DNA of 64,000 nucleotides from an uncultured Alphaproteobacteria bacterium. GTDB lineage: Bacteria; Pseudomonadota; Alphaproteobacteria; Rhizobiales; Xanthobacteraceae. Below the pieces are notes generated by a model. It had not been told where the DNA came from. It ran no database searches and saw only the letters and a program-made list of their open reading frames with translations. The stretch spans positions 71,760 to 135,759 of the forward strand of contig CAWHYZ010000003.1 in assembly GCA_963833605.1 (NCBI GenBank), in the 5' to 3' direction. The stretch's first letter is position 1; each line of letters starts with the position of its first letter. Of this stretch, positions 20,988 through 31,011 are shown piece after piece. Both the position numbers and the translations under genes were made by a program.

Positions 20988-21755
20988 TCAAAACTTGTTC
21001 TTGCGCGCGCGCACCTCGGCAAAGACCTCGGCTGGCGAATGCCCGGAAAGGCCGACTGCGGCCGCGACCGCCGGCACGTCGGCGCGCAGAAATACGTTTT
21101 CCTTCTTCTCCGCGCCAAGCAGTGACGGGATCGTTGGTTTGCCTTGCGCCAGCAGTCGCACGACATCTTGTTCGCGCGCCGCCAAATCCGTGTTGTCGGG
21201 CTCGATCGTCTTGGCAAAGCGGATATTGGCGGCGGTGTATTCGTGACCGCAATAGACTTTTGTCGCGTCGGGGAGCGCGCGCAGTTTCAGCAGCGATTGC
21301 CACATCATCTGCGGCGTGCCCTCGATCACCCGGCCGCAGCCGATCGAGAACAGGGTATCGCCCACGAAAGCGAGCCCCTCGTCGGCCAGCCAATAGGCGA
21401 TGTGGCCTGCGGTGTGGCCAGGCGTCTCGAGCACGCGCGCCTTCAACGCGCCGACCTTCACCTCGTCGCCCTCCTTGACGTCCACGTCGACCGCTGGAAT
21501 GCGCGCGGCTTCGGCGCGCGGCGCCGTGACTTTGCAACGATGATGCTCCTTGAGCGCAACGATGCCGCCGGTATGGTCGCCATGATGGTGGGTGACCAGA
21601 ATGTCGGTCAGCCGCCAGCCCGTGGCCTTGAGGGCGGCTTCGACCGGCGCCGCTTCCGGCGCATCGATCGATGCGGTCGCGCCGGTCGACGGGTCATGCA
21701 CGAGCACTCCGTAATTGTCCTGCAGGCAGCGAAACAGATGCGTTTGAGCTGGCAT
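20988..21755 (-). CDS. gloB: Hydroxyacylglutathione hydrolase (glyoxalase II)
   Basis: Metallo-beta-lactamase motif THHHGDHTGG, CGHEYT and 255 aa. Confidence 0.9.
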   Translation of the reverse strand: MPAQTHLFRCLQDNYGVLVHDPSTGATASIDAPEAAPVEAALKATGWRLTDILVTHHHGDHTGGIVALKEHHRCKVTAPRAEAARIPAVDVDVKEGDEVKVGALKARVLETPGHTAGHIAYWLADEGLAFVGDTLFSIGCGRVIEGTPQMMWQSLLKLRALPDATKVYCGHEYTAANIRFAKTIEPDNTDLAAREQDVVRLLAQGKPTIPSLLGAEKKENVFLRADVPAVAAAVGLSGHSPAEVFAEVRARKNKF

Positions 21756-21844
21756 GAGTGCGCTCCATCATTGCGGGCCGGAGTGTAGCGATCACGGCCC
21801 GGGATGGCCACGTTTGCAATTTATTTCATGGTAGCCTTGCGCCC

Positions 21845-22585
21845 ATGTCGCTCGATGTCGTCGATCTTCGCAACTTCTACACCCAACGGCTGGGGACGGT
21901 GGCGCGCCGGTTCGTCGGCCGCGCCATTCGGGCGTCATGGGGCGACACCGCCGGCCAGCGCGTACTCGGCGTTGGCTACGCCACGCCCTATCTGGGCCTG
22001 TTTCGCGAGGAGGCCGAGCGCTGCCTTGCCTTCATGCCGGCCAGCCAGGGCGTGGTGAAGTGGCCGAGCGCGCGGCCGACGTTGGCAAGCCTCGTCGATC
22101 CGTCCGAAATGCCGCTGCCTGACGCCTCGGTCGACCGAGTATTGCTCGTGCACGCTCTCGAAATGTCTGAAGATGCCGCAGCGCTACTGCGCGAGGTCTG
22201 GCGTGTTCTCGATGCCGGCGGGCGGCTGCTCGCCGTCGTGCCCAACCGGCGCGGGCTGTGGGCCCGCATGGACACGACCCCATTTGGGTACGGCCGGCCC
22301 TATTCGCGCGCGCAAATCGTCACCCTGCTGCGTGACACCTGGTTCACGCCGATGAGCTGGGGGGAGGCGCTTTATGTGCCGCCGATTTCGCGCGCCTGGT
22401 TCCTGCGCTCGGCGGTTGCTTGGGAGCGCACCGGGGCGACGATCTCGGCCCCGTTCAACGGCGTGCACCTCGTCGAAGCAACCAAGCAGGTGTACCGGGT
22501 CATTCCTGCCCGGCGCACGCGCCGGCAACTGGTCCCGGCTCTCAAGCCTGCATTGGTGCCGTCGCCCGGCGTATCCGCACGGTAG
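21845..22585 (+). CDS. Class I SAM-dependent methyltransferase
   Basis: VLGVGYATPYL, DRVLLVHALE and LREVWRVLDAGGRLL motifs. Start at ATG 21845. It is divergent from gloB, as is common in alphaproteobacteria. Confidence 0.75.
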   Translation: MSLDVVDLRNFYTQRLGTVARRFVGRAIRASWGDTAGQRVLGVGYATPYLGLFREEAERCLAFMPASQGVVKWPSARPTLASLVDPSEMPLPDASVDRVLLVHALEMSEDAAALLREVWRVLDAGGRLLAVVPNRRGLWARMDTTPFGYGRPYSRAQIVTLLRDTWFTPMSWGEALYVPPISRAWFLRSAVAWERTGATISAPFNGVHLVEATKQVYRVIPARRTRRQLVPALKPALVPSPGVSAR

Positions 22586-22596
22586 ACCGTCGACCC

Positions 22597-23346
22597 CTAT
22601 TCGCCGGGGGCCGCGTCGTCGCCACCGTCCTGACCGCCCATCTCCTGCATCGAGGGCATGTCGTTGCGCGGGCCGCGATGGCGGCGGCGCCGGCGATGCA
22701 ACGGGAAGCGGTCGCCGCGGTCGCCGCGATCACCGCCGCCTTGGCGCTCTTGGTTGTCATAGCCTCCGCCATTGCCCTGCTGCGGATGCGATTGCCCATA
22801 GGACGGCGGCTGCTGCCCCTGCTGGCCGCCGGTGATGAACGAGGGCAGGCGATCGATTTGGCCGTCGTCCTGCTGCGGCCCGCCCGACTGCTGCATGCGC
22901 GGCTGTTGGTCGCGCGGCGGATAGAATTGGGCATCGCGTGGCAAATACGGTTGCGGGTCGCGCGGACCATAGCCCGGCTGCTCGCCGCCCATCTGAGGCG
23001 AGTTATCGTCGCCGTCGTCAAAGCCATCGTCAGCGCGCATGTCGGGACCCGGACCGCCGCCTTCCGGCCGATTGCCCTGGTAGTAGGGATTGTTCTGGCG
23101 GAATTGTTCCTGCGCGGCAGCGATCAGGCGATAGTAATGCTCGGCGTGCTGCTGATAGTTTTCGGCCGCGATCGGGTCGCCGGAGGCGTGCGCATCGCGG
23201 GCCAACTGCTGGTACTTTTCAGCAACGTGGGATGCGGTCCCCCGGATCTTCACGTCCGGACCATTGGATTCGTATACCCTGGTCAAGGGGTTGTGCCCCT
23301 TGTTGCGACTACGTCCCCGCATGCGTTTGTTTTGACCGTTTCTCAT
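22597..23346 (-). CDS. DUF4167 domain-containing protein
   Basis: N-terminus RGRSRNKGHNPLTRVYESNGPDVKIRGTASHVAEKYQQLARDA, followed by a Gln/Gly/Pro/Asp-rich tail. Confidence 0.85.
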   Translation of the reverse strand: MRNGQNKRMRGRSRNKGHNPLTRVYESNGPDVKIRGTASHVAEKYQQLARDAHASGDPIAAENYQQHAEHYYRLIAAAQEQFRQNNPYYQGNRPEGGGPGPDMRADDGFDDGDDNSPQMGGEQPGYGPRDPQPYLPRDAQFYPPRDQQPRMQQSGGPQQDDGQIDRLPSFITGGQQGQQPPSYGQSHPQQGNGGGYDNQERQGGGDRGDRGDRFPLHRRRRRHRGPRNDMPSMQEMGGQDGGDDAAPGE

Positions 23347-23809
23347 GGCTTCTGTTCGCCACTCCTTGGGTTACAGCGACGCTGGTCGCTGGCTGATTGA
23401 CTAGAACCCGCGCTCACTTGCCAACACGACAACAGCCCCTACGCCCCTGCCAAATGCGCAAGGAAAACCGTCCAGGCCCTCGGTTATCGAGCCCCCACTC
23501 TTGCTGCGCTGATCGCAATAAGCCCACAAATCCGCGATCTTACCGCGTCATTCCGCCTTTCATCATACGCTCCGCCGCGTGCTTGGACGACGGCCGCGCT
23601 TACCCGATGAAATTCCTCGACCTGCAGTTCAGCAAACCGGATGCCTTGTCACTCTGGGGTGCGGATGTCGCTTCCTCCGCGCCGCCTGCCTCGCCGAGCC
23701 ATGCTCCGGGCCATTCGTGGCGCGCACCGATCCTCGGTCGATTCCGTGGATCGAACGTAATGGGTCCCGGCCAATAATCCAAGCGATTTTTTTGATGCCT
23801 CGTAATCGC

Positions 23810-24697
23810 CTATCGCATGGGTTGCGCACTGGCCGCAATTGCGCGCGGAATGCCCGCCAGGTCCATTACCGGCTCGGCCACGCGAAAACCGGCCCCCGCG
23901 AGCAGTTGCGCGACCGCGAGCGCTTGGCCTACCCCAAGCTCCAGGACCAGCGCGCCGGTCGGACCGAGCAGGCGCTCGGCGTCCGTGGTGATGGACCGAT
24001 AGGCCGCAAGGCCGTCTTCGCCGCCGTCGAGCGCCAGACGCGGTTCGCCCCGCACCTCCGGCGCAAGCGACGCGAGTTCGTGCGTCGCGACGTAGGGCGG
24101 GTTGGAAACGACAAGGTCGAAACCGCCCGCCAGCGCACTGGCGAAATCGGCGCACACGAAGCGGGCGCGTTGCGCCACGCCGAGGCTGCGGGCATTTTCG
24201 CGCGCCACCGTGAGCGCGGCGGTGCTGATGTCGGTGCCGATGCCGTGCGCGTTTGGCAATTCCGACAGCAGCGCGACCAGGAGGCAGCCCGAGCCGGTGC
24301 CGAGATCCGCAATGCGCAGCGGCCGTGCCCGTGATCCGCCCGCGTCGACCGCCGCCAAGGCGACCTCGACCACGGTTTCGGTCTCCGGCCTCGGCACGAG
24401 CGTGGCTGGGCTGACGCGCACCGGCAGACCCCAGAACTCCTTGCGGCCGATGATCGAAGCCACGCTTTCACGCGCGAGCCGTCGCGCGCCAAGGGCCGCG
24501 ATCCGCTGTACCTCGACGGGGCCGAGGTCGCGTTCGGCCGCAGCGACGAGGCCGGCGTGATCGAGACCGAGCACGAAGCTCACGAGCACGCGGGCATCGA
24601 GCTCGGGCGACTCGATTCCGGCGTCCCGGAACATGGCCGCGAGCGCGCGCCGGGCGGCGCCGATCGACGCAGCCTGATCGAGCGCCAGCGCGCTCAT
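23810..24697 (-). CDS. prmC: Release-factor glutamine N5-methyltransferase
   Basis: DLGTGSG and VSNPPY motifs. A 4-nt overlap with the prfA stop. Confidence 0.9.
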   Translation of the reverse strand: MSALALDQAASIGAARRALAAMFRDAGIESPELDARVLVSFVLGLDHAGLVAAAERDLGPVEVQRIAALGARRLARESVASIIGRKEFWGLPVRVSPATLVPRPETETVVEVALAAVDAGGSRARPLRIADLGTGSGCLLVALLSELPNAHGIGTDISTAALTVARENARSLGVAQRARFVCADFASALAGGFDLVVSNPPYVATHELASLAPEVRGEPRLALDGGEDGLAAYRSITTDAERLLGPTGALVLELGVGQALAVAQLLAGAGFRVAEPVMDLAGIPRAIAASAQPMR

Positions 24698-25776
24698 GCG
24701 TGCGCGCCGTCCTGTGCGGCCAGCAGCGCCGCCTGATGCTCGGTGACGAGCGCGTCGACAATTTCGTCGAGCGCTTCACCTTCGATCACGCGGGGTAGCT
24801 TGTAGAGCGTCAGGTTGATGCGATGGTCGGTCACCCGGCCTTGCGGAAAGTTGTAGGTGCGGATGCGCTCCGAGCGGTCGCCGGATCCGACCTGGCCGCG
24901 TCGTTCGGCGGCGCGCGCCGCGTCCTGACGCTGGCGCTCGGCGTCGTAGAGCTTGGCGCGCAGGTGCGCCAGCGCCTTGGCCTTGTTGCGGTGCTGGGAG
25001 CGCTCCTCCTGCACCACCACCGCGATGCCGCTCGGAATATGGGTGACCCGCACCGCCGATTCGGTCTTGTTGACGTGCTGGCCGCCGGCGCCGCCGGACC
25101 GCATGGTATCGATCTTGAGGTCGGCGTCGTTGATGGCGATGTCGACGTCCTCGACCTCGGGCAGCACCGCGACGGTCGCGGCCGAGGTGTGGATGCGGCC
25201 GGAGGCTTCGGTCTCCGGCACGCGCTGCACCCGATGCACGCCGGATTCGTACTTGAGTTTTGCAAACGCGCCACGGCCGCGGATTTCCATCACGATTTCC
25301 TTGAACCCGCCCATGGCGCCTTCGCTCGCTGAGATCACCTCGGTCTTCCAGCCGTGCTGATTGGCGTAGCGCTCATACATGCGGAAGAGATCGCCGGCGA
25401 AAATAGCCGCTTCGTCGCCGCCGGTGCCGGCGCGGATTTCGAGAATGACGTTGCGGTCGTCCATGGCGTCCTTGGGCAGAAGCGCGGTGCGGATCTCCTG
25501 CTCCAGCGCCAGGCGCTTGGCCTCGAGCGCCGGCCTTTCGGCATTGGCGATGGCGCGCATCTCGGGCTCGGTCGCACCGTCCTCGATCAGGCTGTCGAGA
25601 TCGGCGAGCTCGGCCGCAATTCCACGATAGGCCTTCACACGACCCGCCACCGGGCTGAGCTCGGCAAATTCGCGCGCGAGCCGCACGTAGGCTTCCGGCG
25701 CCAGCGCCTGGGCGAGCTCCGCTTCGATCGCGGCATGGCGCGCCAGCAGCGCGTCGAGCTTGGCTTCAGGCAGCAT
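24694..25776 (-). CDS. prfA: Peptide chain release factor 1
   Basis: [13 protein letters not shown] (GGQ motif) and a PET-type tripeptide context ([14 protein letters not shown]), 360 aa. Confidence 0.95.
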   Translation of the reverse strand: MLPEAKLDALLARHAAIEAELAQALAPEAYVRLAREFAELSPVAGRVKAYRGIAAELADLDSLIEDGATEPEMRAIANAERPALEAKRLALEQEIRTALLPKDAMDDRNVILEIRAGTGGDEAAIFAGDLFRMYERYANQHGWKTEVISASEGAMGGFKEIVMEIRGRGAFAKLKYESGVHRVQRVPETEASGRIHTSAATVAVLPEVEDVDIAINDADLKIDTMRSGGAGGQHVNKTESAVRVTHIPSGIAVVVQEERSQHRNKAKALAHLRAKLYDAERQRQDAARAAERRGQVGSGDRSERIRTYNFPQGRVTDHRINLTLYKLPRVIEGEALDEIVDALVTEHQAALLAAQDGAHA

Positions 25777-26430
25777 GGGTCAGATCCAACATCTTGGTTA
25801 GGTAGAAGACCGAAGGGGCGGGGGCAAGGCGCGCGTCGCGGCCCGCAAGCGCCGGATCGGCGTCCCGCTTCATGGATTCCCATGGATGCCATGGAGGCCC
25901 TCGTGCGCACGCACCCTGGTGGGCATTCATGGAGCCGCTGGCGGGAAGCGTTCGCGCGGCGCGCCGCAATCCGCGCAGCCAACGCTGCGCCGCCCGGAGA
26001 AAGCGGGTTCCGGGCCACCCATTGTCCTCTTTTCCGTTTCCCCAAGGGGATGGGAGCGCCGAGGCCGGCGAGTAAGTTCAACATATCGTCCGCGCTTTCG
26101 ACGCGGACCCGCGTCCGGTGAAGGACACGGCCCGCCTCTCGGCGCTCCACGCGGCTTTGTGAGCTCCAAGGAGCTTTCGGGACTTCGGACCAGGCGAGCG
26201 CTAAGCCCAGACCCTGCTGCACTAGGTCCCGCGGGACGACCGTAGTATCGCCCGGCTGATCCTCGGAGCCTCCCGAGTGCCCGGTTACGAGCCGGACCCG
26301 CAGGCACCGCATTCCCGCTCCGCTTCCGGACCGTCTCGAGAAACGCCCCTTGGTGAGCGGGAATGCGGTTATAATGCATTTTGTTATGCAATTGTCAAGA
26401 AATGTTTTCGGCCGCGCCTATGAGTTCCTG

Positions 26431-26585
26431 GGCCATCCTTCGAGACGCCCGCGCTGGGCGCAAGATCTTGTAGGATGGGTTGAGCGCAGCGAAACCCATC
26501 CTGTTCCTTCAAAGCGATGGGTTTCGCTGCGCTCAACCCATCCTACGGTCGCGCGGCCGCAGGCCGCGCGTCTCGAAGGGTGGCC
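26431..26585. repeat. Nested imperfect palindrome (REP/MITE-like)
   Basis: Inner arms are 26470-26500 (GTAGGATGGGTTGAGCGCAGCGAAACCCATC) and its exact complement at 26517-26546. Outer arms are 26431-26448 and 26568-26585, with 17 of 18 positions complementary. Confidence 0.85.
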
Positions 26586-26732
26586 ACAAACGCCGGCCCG
26601 GGCCAGCCATAAACACAATGGCATCTTGTTAGAACGTACAGACTTAAGAGGGCTGCGTGCTCGCGGCGTTCTGCTTCCGGGGAACGATGCGTGCGGAAGA
26701 TCGTGCTGCGCTGGCGCGCGGGCGAACGCGGC

Positions 26733-27881
26733 TTAGAATCGGGCCACGACCGATGCGGTGACGACGTTGTCGACGAAACTTGCAGCGGGGTCGTTCGAAT
26801 GATCGCGGATGTACTGATATTCGAGTTTCAGGCCGACCTGATAGGCGAACAGGTTGGGGAAGAAGACGATCGCGCCCGGTGACCAGATGAAATCCTGCCG
26901 TTTCGCAGCGACCGTCCCGGGGACTACACCCACCGTCCCGGGCACCACATTGGACCCGTACCAGCGCTCGAGCAGATACACCGCAGGTCCGGCCAAGACC
27001 CCGTCGTAAATCTGGCGGAAAAGCTCAATGCGCCCGCCGGTTTCGATGAAATTGGCAGGCTCCACACCGGGCTGCAGGATCGAGATTGGCGTCGCGCCCG
27101 GCGCGTCGCCGCGGCGAACCCAAGGCGACACGACGAGGGTGTTCAGCGGATCCAGGAAGCCGGGGCTCACGAAACGTCCGATGACGTCCCAATACCAACC
27201 CTGCGCGGCAGGGAAGAAATTGTCATAGTCCCGATAGGCGGCACGAAAGGCGACGCTCTGCAGCGCGCCGTTGACATTTGCCTCGATGGTCGCGCGCGCA
27301 ATCGCCTCGCCGTACCACGGATGCTGGTCGAAATAGGCGCCGCCGAGGCCAGCCGCGATGTGCAGCGAGGTGCCGCCGATGAAATCGAATACCGGGCCGG
27401 TCGTGGCGCCGAGGTAGCCGTAGTTCAGGTCGTCAGCGCGCGTATGTCCGATGCCCGCCGCCAAGCCGGTGGTGCGCCAACGCTGGTCGCCAAGCGTACG
27501 TTCGTCCTTCATCGCGAGCGTTCCGAACGCCTGCGTTTCCGGCGTGGGATGGGTCGGAACGTAGAGCGGGTTCGACTCGTAGGAGACCCCGGTCTGCATC
27601 AGGAACTCGGTAAAATTGGGCTGCAGCTTGCGCGCGACCCGCCGCAATCCCTCCTGCGCCTCCTGGTTGTTTGGATCGTTGAGCGCCACACGCTCGTAGG
27701 CCGCAAACGCCCAGCGCAGCTTGCCGCTCTCTTCGGCCAGCCGCGCGTAGCGCAGGTTGATCTCACTGTCGGCGGGACGAACCAGGATTTCCGAGTACAG
27801 ATAGGACAGCTGGTCCGTGGCAGCGTTCGCCGCGCAACCGGCCGCGAGCAGTGCGGCTATGACGTAGCCAACAACGCGCAT
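26733..27881 (-). CDS. Outer-membrane beta-barrel protein with an N-terminal TPR-like segment
   Basis: Signal peptide MRVVGYVIAALLAAGCAANA, a TPR-like LRYARLAEESGKLRWAFAAYERVALNDPNN, alternating-strand composition and a C-terminal Phe. Confidence 0.65.
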   Translation of the reverse strand: MRVVGYVIAALLAAGCAANAATDQLSYLYSEILVRPADSEINLRYARLAEESGKLRWAFAAYERVALNDPNNQEAQEGLRRVARKLQPNFTEFLMQTGVSYESNPLYVPTHPTPETQAFGTLAMKDERTLGDQRWRTTGLAAGIGHTRADDLNYGYLGATTGPVFDFIGGTSLHIAAGLGGAYFDQHPWYGEAIARATIEANVNGALQSVAFRAAYRDYDNFFPAAQGWYWDVIGRFVSPGFLDPLNTLVVSPWVRRGDAPGATPISILQPGVEPANFIETGGRIELFRQIYDGVLAGPAVYLLERWYGSNVVPGTVGVVPGTVAAKRQDFIWSPGAIVFFPNLFAYQVGLKLEYQYIRDHSNDPAASFVDNVVTASVVARF

Positions 27882-28105
27882 GGCTTCCCGTCTCGCGAGA
27901 TCGCGCACAAATCATCGATGTGGGAGACCCCCTCCCCAATTGCACATCATACCCGATCGGGCGCTATTTGGCAAAACCTGCGGGAGAGGGCAGCATTGTA
28001 CCGCACGGCCCGCGAGTGCATTTATGGCGGCAGTGCGCTACATTGAGCGCGAGCGTTTTCCGAAGGGGTTGAATTGAAAAGCGCTCTCTTGGGCCTTGAT
28101 TGGTC

Positions 28106-28146
28106 GCATTTTCAGCGGAAAACCGGTGTCCACTTCCCTGAAGTGC
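28106..28146. repeat. Partial copy of the AAAACCGGTGNCCACTT stem-loop family
   Basis: GCATTTTCAGCGGAAAACCGGTGTCCACTTCCCTGAAGTGC. It shares the loop core with the copies at 29221, 53632 and 53696. Confidence 0.6.
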
Positions 28147-28221
28147 TCCATGTGGGGGGTGAACCTGTTCTCAATCTCCAGCGACCATAGCCCGCGCGGC
28201 GTCCAGCCCAAGGAGTGCAAC

Positions 28222-28995
28222 ATGCGCCTGTTGGCAGGCGTGCTCGCGGTTGCTGTCTTGGCCTGCGCGGCTGCGCCGGAATTTGCGCTGGCGGACAAGA
28301 TCGGCGTTGCCTCGTCCGTCAAAAACCAGGTGCAACGCGTCAGTCCGGCGCCGGCGCAACAGATTTCGGCCGGTAGCGAACTCATTGCCAACGAGCACAT
28401 CCGCACCGGCGAGGCGAGCTCGGCACAGCTGCTGTTTCTGGACGAGACCAGCGTGAGCCTGGGAGCACAATCGGACCTCGTGCTCGACCGCTTCGTCTAC
28501 AATCCCAATCGCGGATCCGGCAACGTCGTGCTGTCGACGGCGCGTGGAGCGTTGCGGTTCGTGACGGGCGCACAGAATCCGACCAACTACACAATCAAGA
28601 CGCCGGTCGCGACCATCGGGGTACGTGGCACCATTGCGGAGATTTACACCTATATGTCCGGGGGCGTGATCTTCTCACGGGTCACCGATGTGGAGGGATT
28701 GCTGGCCGTCACCACGCGATCCGGGCAGGTGATCAGGCTGACGCCGGGAATGTCGGTGATTGTTTCGGGAACCGGGGCGGTACAGGGCCCCGTCAAGGCC
28801 GACCTATCCGGCATCAACACCGCGGGCAGCGTACCGATGTTCGGGCCCACGGTCCCGACCGTTTCGCGCACGTTCGACGTGCCGGACAGCCGGCTCGACA
28901 TGACGGACCAGATCAAGGCGCTGACCCCGCCGGCCTTGCCGCCACCGCCTCCGATCAGAAGTGGCGGCGGCAACAGCATCGGAGGCGCGCGCTAG
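28222..28995 (+). CDS. FecR-domain protein, secreted
   Basis: Signal peptide MRLLAGVLAVAVLACAAAPEFALA. FecR-type core (G..L...E.IRTG..S.A.L.F.D.T...LG..S.L.LD.F........LS..RGALRFVTG...Y.I.TP.ATIGVRGT). An AAGGAG SD precedes ATG 28222. Confidence 0.75.
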   Translation: MRLLAGVLAVAVLACAAAPEFALADKIGVASSVKNQVQRVSPAPAQQISAGSELIANEHIRTGEASSAQLLFLDETSVSLGAQSDLVLDRFVYNPNRGSGNVVLSTARGALRFVTGAQNPTNYTIKTPVATIGVRGTIAEIYTYMSGGVIFSRVTDVEGLLAVTTRSGQVIRLTPGMSVIVSGTGAVQGPVKADLSGINTAGSVPMFGPTVPTVSRTFDVPDSRLDMTDQIKALTPPALPPPPPIRSGGGNSIGGAR

Positions 28996-29067
28996 TGCCC
29001 GGTTTCCGAAGTTCGTGATACATGCCGGCATCCTCTGACACGAACTTCGGAAACAAACGGGCACTAG
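28992..29067. repeat. CTAGTG...CACTAG hairpin element, copy A
   Basis: Left arm CTAGTGCCCGGTTTCCGAAGTTCGTG; right arm CACGAACTTCGGAAACAAACGGGCACTAG. Confidence 0.85.
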
Positions 29068-29080
29068 CAAGTATATGATT

Positions 29081-29158
29081 CTAGTGCCGCTCCTCGATTT
29101 GAAGTTCCTGAACGAAATTGCGGCGGCTGGTGCAGGAACTTCAAATCGGCGGCACTAG
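29081..29158. repeat. CTAGTG...CACTAG hairpin element, copy B
   Basis: Left arm CTAGTGCCGCTCCTCGATTTGAAGTTCCTG; right arm CAGGAACTTCAAATCGGCGGCACTAG. Confidence 0.85.
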
Positions 29159-29205
29159 CGCATGATCCGGCGAAGTGTGAGCGATTTGCCGAAAGGATCA
29201 TGCGC
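29158..29205. repeat. ~50-bp stem-loop repeat, in inverted orientation relative to the 53.6-kb copies
   Basis: 11-bp stem, GCGCATGATCC ... GGATCATGCGC. The loop is related to the reverse complement of the AAAACCGG..CCACTTTT core. Confidence 0.7.
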
Positions 29206-29220
29206 CAAGTCAAGATATTG

Positions 29221-29268
29221 GCGCGCCATCGAACGCAAAACCGGTGACCACTTTTGCTGATCGCGTGC
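29221..29268. repeat. Degenerate copy of the AAAACCGGTGNCCACTTTT stem-loop family
   Basis: Core CAAAACCGGTGACCACTTTTG at 29235-29255. Confidence 0.55.
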
Positions 29269-29276
29269 TGAGAGCG

Positions 29277-29633
29277 CTACGTCGGTGTCTGCTCGATTGC
29301 GTCGACGCGGTTGGGATAGAACGCCACATAGCCGGCGATCTGGACGACGCCGGGAAATGGGTGCTCGTAGCTCCAGATCGCATTTTCGGCGACCTTGCCA
29401 TCGGCCTTGATGGAGAAATAGGACGCGTCGCCCTTGTAGGGGCAATGCGTGCTGTGCTCGGTCGGCGCCAGCAGGCTCATATCCACATCGGCGCGCGGGA
29501 CATATTGTACCGGCGGGTAGGATGCTTCCTTGAGCGTCAGGGCGCGCGTGGTGTTGGCCACCGTGCGCCCGGCAAAGCTCACGCGCACCCGGTTCGGATT
29601 CGGCGAGATCGTGATCGGATGGTCGTCCGCCAT
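29277..29633 (-). CDS. DUF427 domain-containing protein
   Basis: R.RV.FAG..VA.T.RAL.L.E...PP..Y.P..DV......T.H.T.CP.KG.A.YF motif. A GGGAGA SD precedes ATG 29633. Confidence 0.85.
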   Translation of the reverse strand: MADDHPITISPNPNRVRVSFAGRTVANTTRALTLKEASYPPVQYVPRADVDMSLLAPTEHSTHCPYKGDASYFSIKADGKVAENAIWSYEHPFPGVVQIAGYVAFYPNRVDAIEQTPT

Positions 29634-29799
29634 TAAGGTTTCTCCCAACTACATCGGTTTCCGACACATAGCGCAGACCGCGTGTCACGCCATATCGGCT
29701 CACGCGAACGTTACGATAGGGCTCTCGGCAACGCCGGCCAAGGGTCCGGTCCCGGCCATGACCAGGTCAGAGATGATTTTCGCACAACCCGAACTCAGC

Positions 29800-31011
29800 T
29801 TAGCTGCCAACGTCCCCGCTGAGCACCGGCCCGAACAACTCCCAGCGCTCGCCCGTGAAGCGTTGCATGCGCATCTGCTCGATCGGGTAATAATCGGTTG
29901 GGCTGGTGTTGATCGTGATGCCGGGGATCAGCATCGGGTTGGCGAGGTCTTTGAGCGAGGCCGCCTGCTTCATCACGTTCGCGCGCGTCAGGTCGTCGCC
30001 GCTCTGCCTGAGCACATGCACCAGCGTATGAGCCACCGCATAGCCGTACACCGTGAAGCTCGAGGTGCGATCGCCATCGGGAAAGTATTTCTCCATGAAG
30101 GCTTGCCAATCCTTGAAGTTCTGATCGTCCTTCCAGGTTGGGTCGGTTGGGTCCTTGACATAGGCGGTCGTCAGCACACCCTTGGCGTTCTCGAAGCCCG
30201 CGGGCTGCAAGACGGAACCCACCGAGTTCGACACATTGTTGAGCAGATGCAGCGGGTGCCAGTCGATTTCGGCAACCTTGCGGATCGCCTGCGCGGCAAA
30301 CTTCGGCGTGGCGACGTTGAAGAACACGTCGGCGCCGCTGCCCTTGAGGCTGATGATCTGCGAATTGACGGTCGGATCGGTGGTTTCGTAGGCCTGCTCG
30401 GATACGATCGCGATCTTGCCGTTGAGTCCGTCTTTAAGGCCCTTCAGATAGTCTTTGCCATAGTCGTCATTCTGATAAAGCACCCCGATCTTGCCGTTCG
30501 GATTCTTCTCGATCAGGTACTTGGCATAGATGCGCCCCTCGCTCTGATAGTTCGGCTGCCAGCCCATGGTCCATGGGAAGTTTTTCGGATCGCCGAACTT
30601 GGTCGCACCGGTAGCAACGAACAGCTGCGGCACGCCTTTGCTGTTCATGTAGCGTTCGATCGCGGTGTTGTGCGCGGTGCCGAGGCTCTGGAAGATCAAC
30701 AGAACTTCGTCGCTCTCGACCAGCTTGCGCGCCTGCTCGACGGTCTTGGGCGGGCTGTAACCATCATCCTGGGAGATGAAGTTGATCTTGCGCCCGTTGA
30801 TGCCGCCCTCTGCGTTCACCTTGGTGAAGTAGGCCGCGATCGTGCGACCGATCAGGCCATAGGCTGACGCCGGCCCGCTGTAGGGATTGATATTGCCGAT
30901 CTTGATTTCGGTATCGGTCGCGCCCGGGTCGTATCGTTTTTGTGCAGACGCCGGAAGCGCCAGTATCAGGATCGCAAATGCCGAGAGCATTGCCAGCAGA
31001 TGACGTTTCAT
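29800..31011 (-). CDS. ABC transporter substrate-binding protein (branched-chain amino acid / LivK-like). It is an orphan: no permease or ATPase gene is adjacent.
   Basis: Signal peptide, IKIGNINPYSGPASAYG, 403 aa. Confidence 0.85.
   Translation of the reverse strand: MKRHLLAMLSAFAILILALPASAQKRYDPGATDTEIKIGNINPYSGPASAYGLIGRTIAAYFTKVNAEGGINGRKINFISQDDGYSPPKTVEQARKLVESDEVLLIFQSLGTAHNTAIERYMNSKGVPQLFVATGATKFGDPKNFPWTMGWQPNYQSEGRIYAKYLIEKNPNGKIGVLYQNDDYGKDYLKGLKDGLNGKIAIVSEQAYETTDPTVNSQIISLKGSGADVFFNVATPKFAAQAIRKVAEIDWHPLHLLNNVSNSVGSVLQPAGFENAKGVLTTAYVKDPTDPTWKDDQNFKDWQAFMEKYFPDGDRTSSFTVYGYAVAHTLVHVLRQSGDDLTRANVMKQAASLKDLANPMLIPGITINTSPTDYYPIEQMRMQRFTGERWELFGPVLSGDVGS

Noticed and set aside
25872-26075. 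A 67-aa plus-strand ORF (MDSHGCHGGPRAH...) as a small Cys/His-rich protein
   Set aside because: It has no SD, its composition looks like out-of-frame GC-rich sequence, and it overlaps the CATGGA repeat tract that better explains the sequence.
25777-26430. Possible known structured RNA upstream of prfA (tmRNA, RNase P RNA, SRP RNA or a cobalamin riboswitch)
   Set aside because: I could not find any of the diagnostic motifs on either strand: an alphaproteobacterial ANDN-type tag reading frame, GAGGAAAGUCCGGGC or ACAGAACCCGGCUUA, GGUCCGGAAGGAAGCAGC, or a B12 box. Partial look-alikes (GGTCCGGAAGCGGAGC, GGGAATGCGGTG) are too weak. The region is kept only as an unexplained structured region.
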